Assembly (NCBI RefSeq): GCF_040938485.1
Contig: NW_027271035.1
Location: 2,480,001 to 2,544,000, forward strand
From: Diadema antillarum
Lineage: Eukaryota
Length of the DNA stretch: 64,000 bases
Direction: 5' to 3'
Shown in pieces: positions 62,111 to 64,000 of the stretch (position 1 is its first letter; every line of letters starts with the position of its first letter). The notes under the pieces were generated by a model, which worked only from the letters and a program-made list of their open reading frames with translations, was not told the origin of the DNA and made no database searches. A program made the position numbers and the translations under genes.

Positions 62111-63482
62111 TTCCAAACATCGATAAAGGTATAATGCAGATTGCCCAGGCTGCATTAGCACTTACGTTTGTCAGTAACCAATAGATTATTTTAAAGAAGA
62201 GAAAAATCTGGATTGGATAACACATTGTGGAGTTTTTGTAAGCATTACATTCAGCTTATCTCTCTGTTTTGTAGTCCTCAAGGAACTCCAGGGAGGGAAA
62301 AGGAGGATACCTTGTCGCAAGAAATGGGAGAGAAATTGACCATCGCAACCAAACAAACGATCCCACCTCTGGAGTTGGATAGGAATGAAGCAGGTAACCT
62401 TAAGTGAAGTCAAACATGTTAGGGGTTATCATGCACTCTGTCTTTGCGTGTNNNNNNNNNNNNNNNNNNNNNNNNNNNNNNNNNNNNNNNNNNNNNNNNN
62501 NNNNNNNNNNNNNNNNNNNNNNNNNNNNNNNNNNNNNNNNNNNNNNNNNNNNNNNNNNNNNNNNNNNNNNNNNNNNNNNNNNNNNNNNNNNNNNNNNNNN
62601 NNNNNNNNNNNNNNNNTGCTGGAGACGAAAGCCGGTGGTCCCACTCCTATTCATGGGTTTCAGAATCATCAAACTCGATTGTGGAACAATTAGTGTAATA
62701 AGGAGCAATTGTGTTTGGAGTCCTGCTCCTATGACGTCAAACAACAACTTAAGTGTATTTTGCAACATGCATTATACATGGTCAAGATGTCATGGTGGAA
62801 GAAACAGCCATGTGTCGATGAGAAATGGTTTATGTGGCTTTTGCTGTCGGGGTTAAGGGCTTTTTGGACGCTACCAACCGTGCCTATGGCTTTAGGAATC
62901 CTTTTCTTCTCCATTTATATTGTGCACACTATTTAGTCTCAGACTTTTCACTACATTTTTGGACGAAAAGGTTAGTTTAAGTTTGAAGGTTAAAAACCTT
63001 TAGATCTTGAGCTACTTGCCATGATGTCACTTTCTGTCGTTGTGATAACCCTTGAAAACAAGTTGCAAACACTCAGTGTATTTGCTTCATATCTGATCTA
63101 TGCCAAAAATATCTTAATTACAACACAGGGAGGGCTAGCCCCGTCTTCGTATCCAAGTACATAGGCACGGAAGGTGGAGAGATCTCGAGCAAGACGTACG
63201 GGTTCTCTCTCAAGGTACCACCAGGCGCCATCCCGCGAGGTCAGAGGAAGAAGATCGGCGTCGAGCTGTCGAGAGAATCTGGCGGCTCGGCGGCGGCGGG
63301 CAGCGGCTTCTGCATTTCGCCCGACGTCCACTTCACTCCAGCGGGAATGATGCTGGAGAAGCCCGCCACGCTGACCCTACCCCACAGCCTCAGCTCGTGG
63401 TCGCAGGACATGGAGGTCTTCGTCCACCATGAGGATGACGCCGTCAGGACCGGCGGAAATGGAGCACAGAGGCTTTCCCGGC
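58673..63482 (+). CDS. Unnamed protein: NHL-like beta-propeller + charged linker + ZU5 domain (partial, 3' end not resolved)
   Basis: Exons 58673-59499, 60382-60501, 61313-61453, 61817-61987, 62275-62393, 63129-63482 join without stops (intron phases 2,2,2,2,1,1; all GT-AG; at least 577 aa). The acceptor at 58624 and an in-frame stop upstream of the ATG suggest a non-coding first exon (candidate donor at 54834). Confidence 0.78.
59732..59945. mobile_element. MITE with 8-bp TSD and internal telomere-like (AACCCT)n
   Basis: TSD ATTGATCT at 59724-59731 and 59946-59953; GG..CC termini; perfect 22-bp inverted core GACATTTGCTCCTGCGACAATT. Confidence 0.85.
62031..62104. repeat. Compound (CA)n(TA)n microsatellite
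   Basis: Direct reading. Confidence 0.95.
63129..63482 (+). CDS. ZU5-domain exon
   Basis: SKYIGTEGGEISSKTYGFSLKVPPGAIPRG...CISPDVHFTPAGMMLEKPATLTLPHS fits the ZU5 pattern (GGxL, lxiPpGAl, lSPvv..gP.G..f.kPv.LtlPH); symmetric phase-1 exon of 354 nt. Confidence 0.9.
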
Positions 63483-64000
63483 GTAAGTTCGCGTCACATT
63501 ATTTATAAGGGTTTCACCAATTTAACCTTTCGTGTCTGAATCCTACCCTCTTGCACTAGGAGTCATGAACCAAACGTTCTTCTCTTTTTCAAAAAAATTT
63601 TGAAAGAAAGTTCCTTTTTGTGTGAGTGTGCATTTGAAGAATCGTTTACATCTCCAGAGGGAAAGGTTTGCAGTGGAACCATGGTGTTCTAACTTGGTCA
63701 TGTTTACAGACAGTTGGTGGCATGTGACCAAATTGTTCTCTTTGACGTCATAAAGTTCACTTGTATATCTCGGCGGGTAAATACCAAGTCAGAATGCTAG
63801 TGGGAACTTCGAGCAATTTAAAACACCTGGATTTGAAGAGACAGAGACTTCTATTACTTGGAAGCGAGCATTTGTTGTGGGTTCCAGTGGAAATTCGCTA
63901 CAGTGTTTTCAAAGCATGAAACACAAGCAGTGTTTCTACAGAGAATAGTCATTTTGACTCCAGAGGTATCTTCTTCGGGGAAGAATGAACTATTGTATTC

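Larger units (their letters stand above)
6049..62616. other. Six assembly gaps (N runs): 6049-6204, 12946-13117, 16737-16887, 31086-31268, 35593-35760, 62452-62616
   Basis: Direct reading; the span given is first to last gap, not a continuous feature. Confidence 0.99.

Overview
Animal genomic DNA: AT-rich, microsatellite-rich, with six N-gaps. It is probably an invertebrate deuterostome such as an echinoderm (inferred from gene content and repeat types, not proven). Genes, left to right: (1) two tandem paralogous class-A GPCRs with intron-free CDS (982-2124, 8411-9550, +); (2) a complete 10-exon adenylate kinase 8 (AK8; minus strand, 19371-29954, 483 aa); (3) a divergently oriented 4-exon SLC16/MCT transporter (+, 34585-50717, 585 aa); (4) a possible orphan spliced ORF (52540-54453, low confidence); (5) a phase-consistent 6-exon, open-ended gene joining an NHL-like beta-propeller through a charged linker to a ZU5 domain (+, 58673-63482, continuing to or beyond the window end). 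Repeats include two CR1-group LINEs, a Harbinger deletion derivative, a Helentron/HINE-like element with internal tandem repeats, several MITEs and two unclassified palindromic elements. The main leads are the propeller-ZU5 architecture, a gene-conversion tract between the GPCRs, and the shared-terminus palindromic elements. All exon models were built by hand from GT-AG sites and phase. No database search was run.
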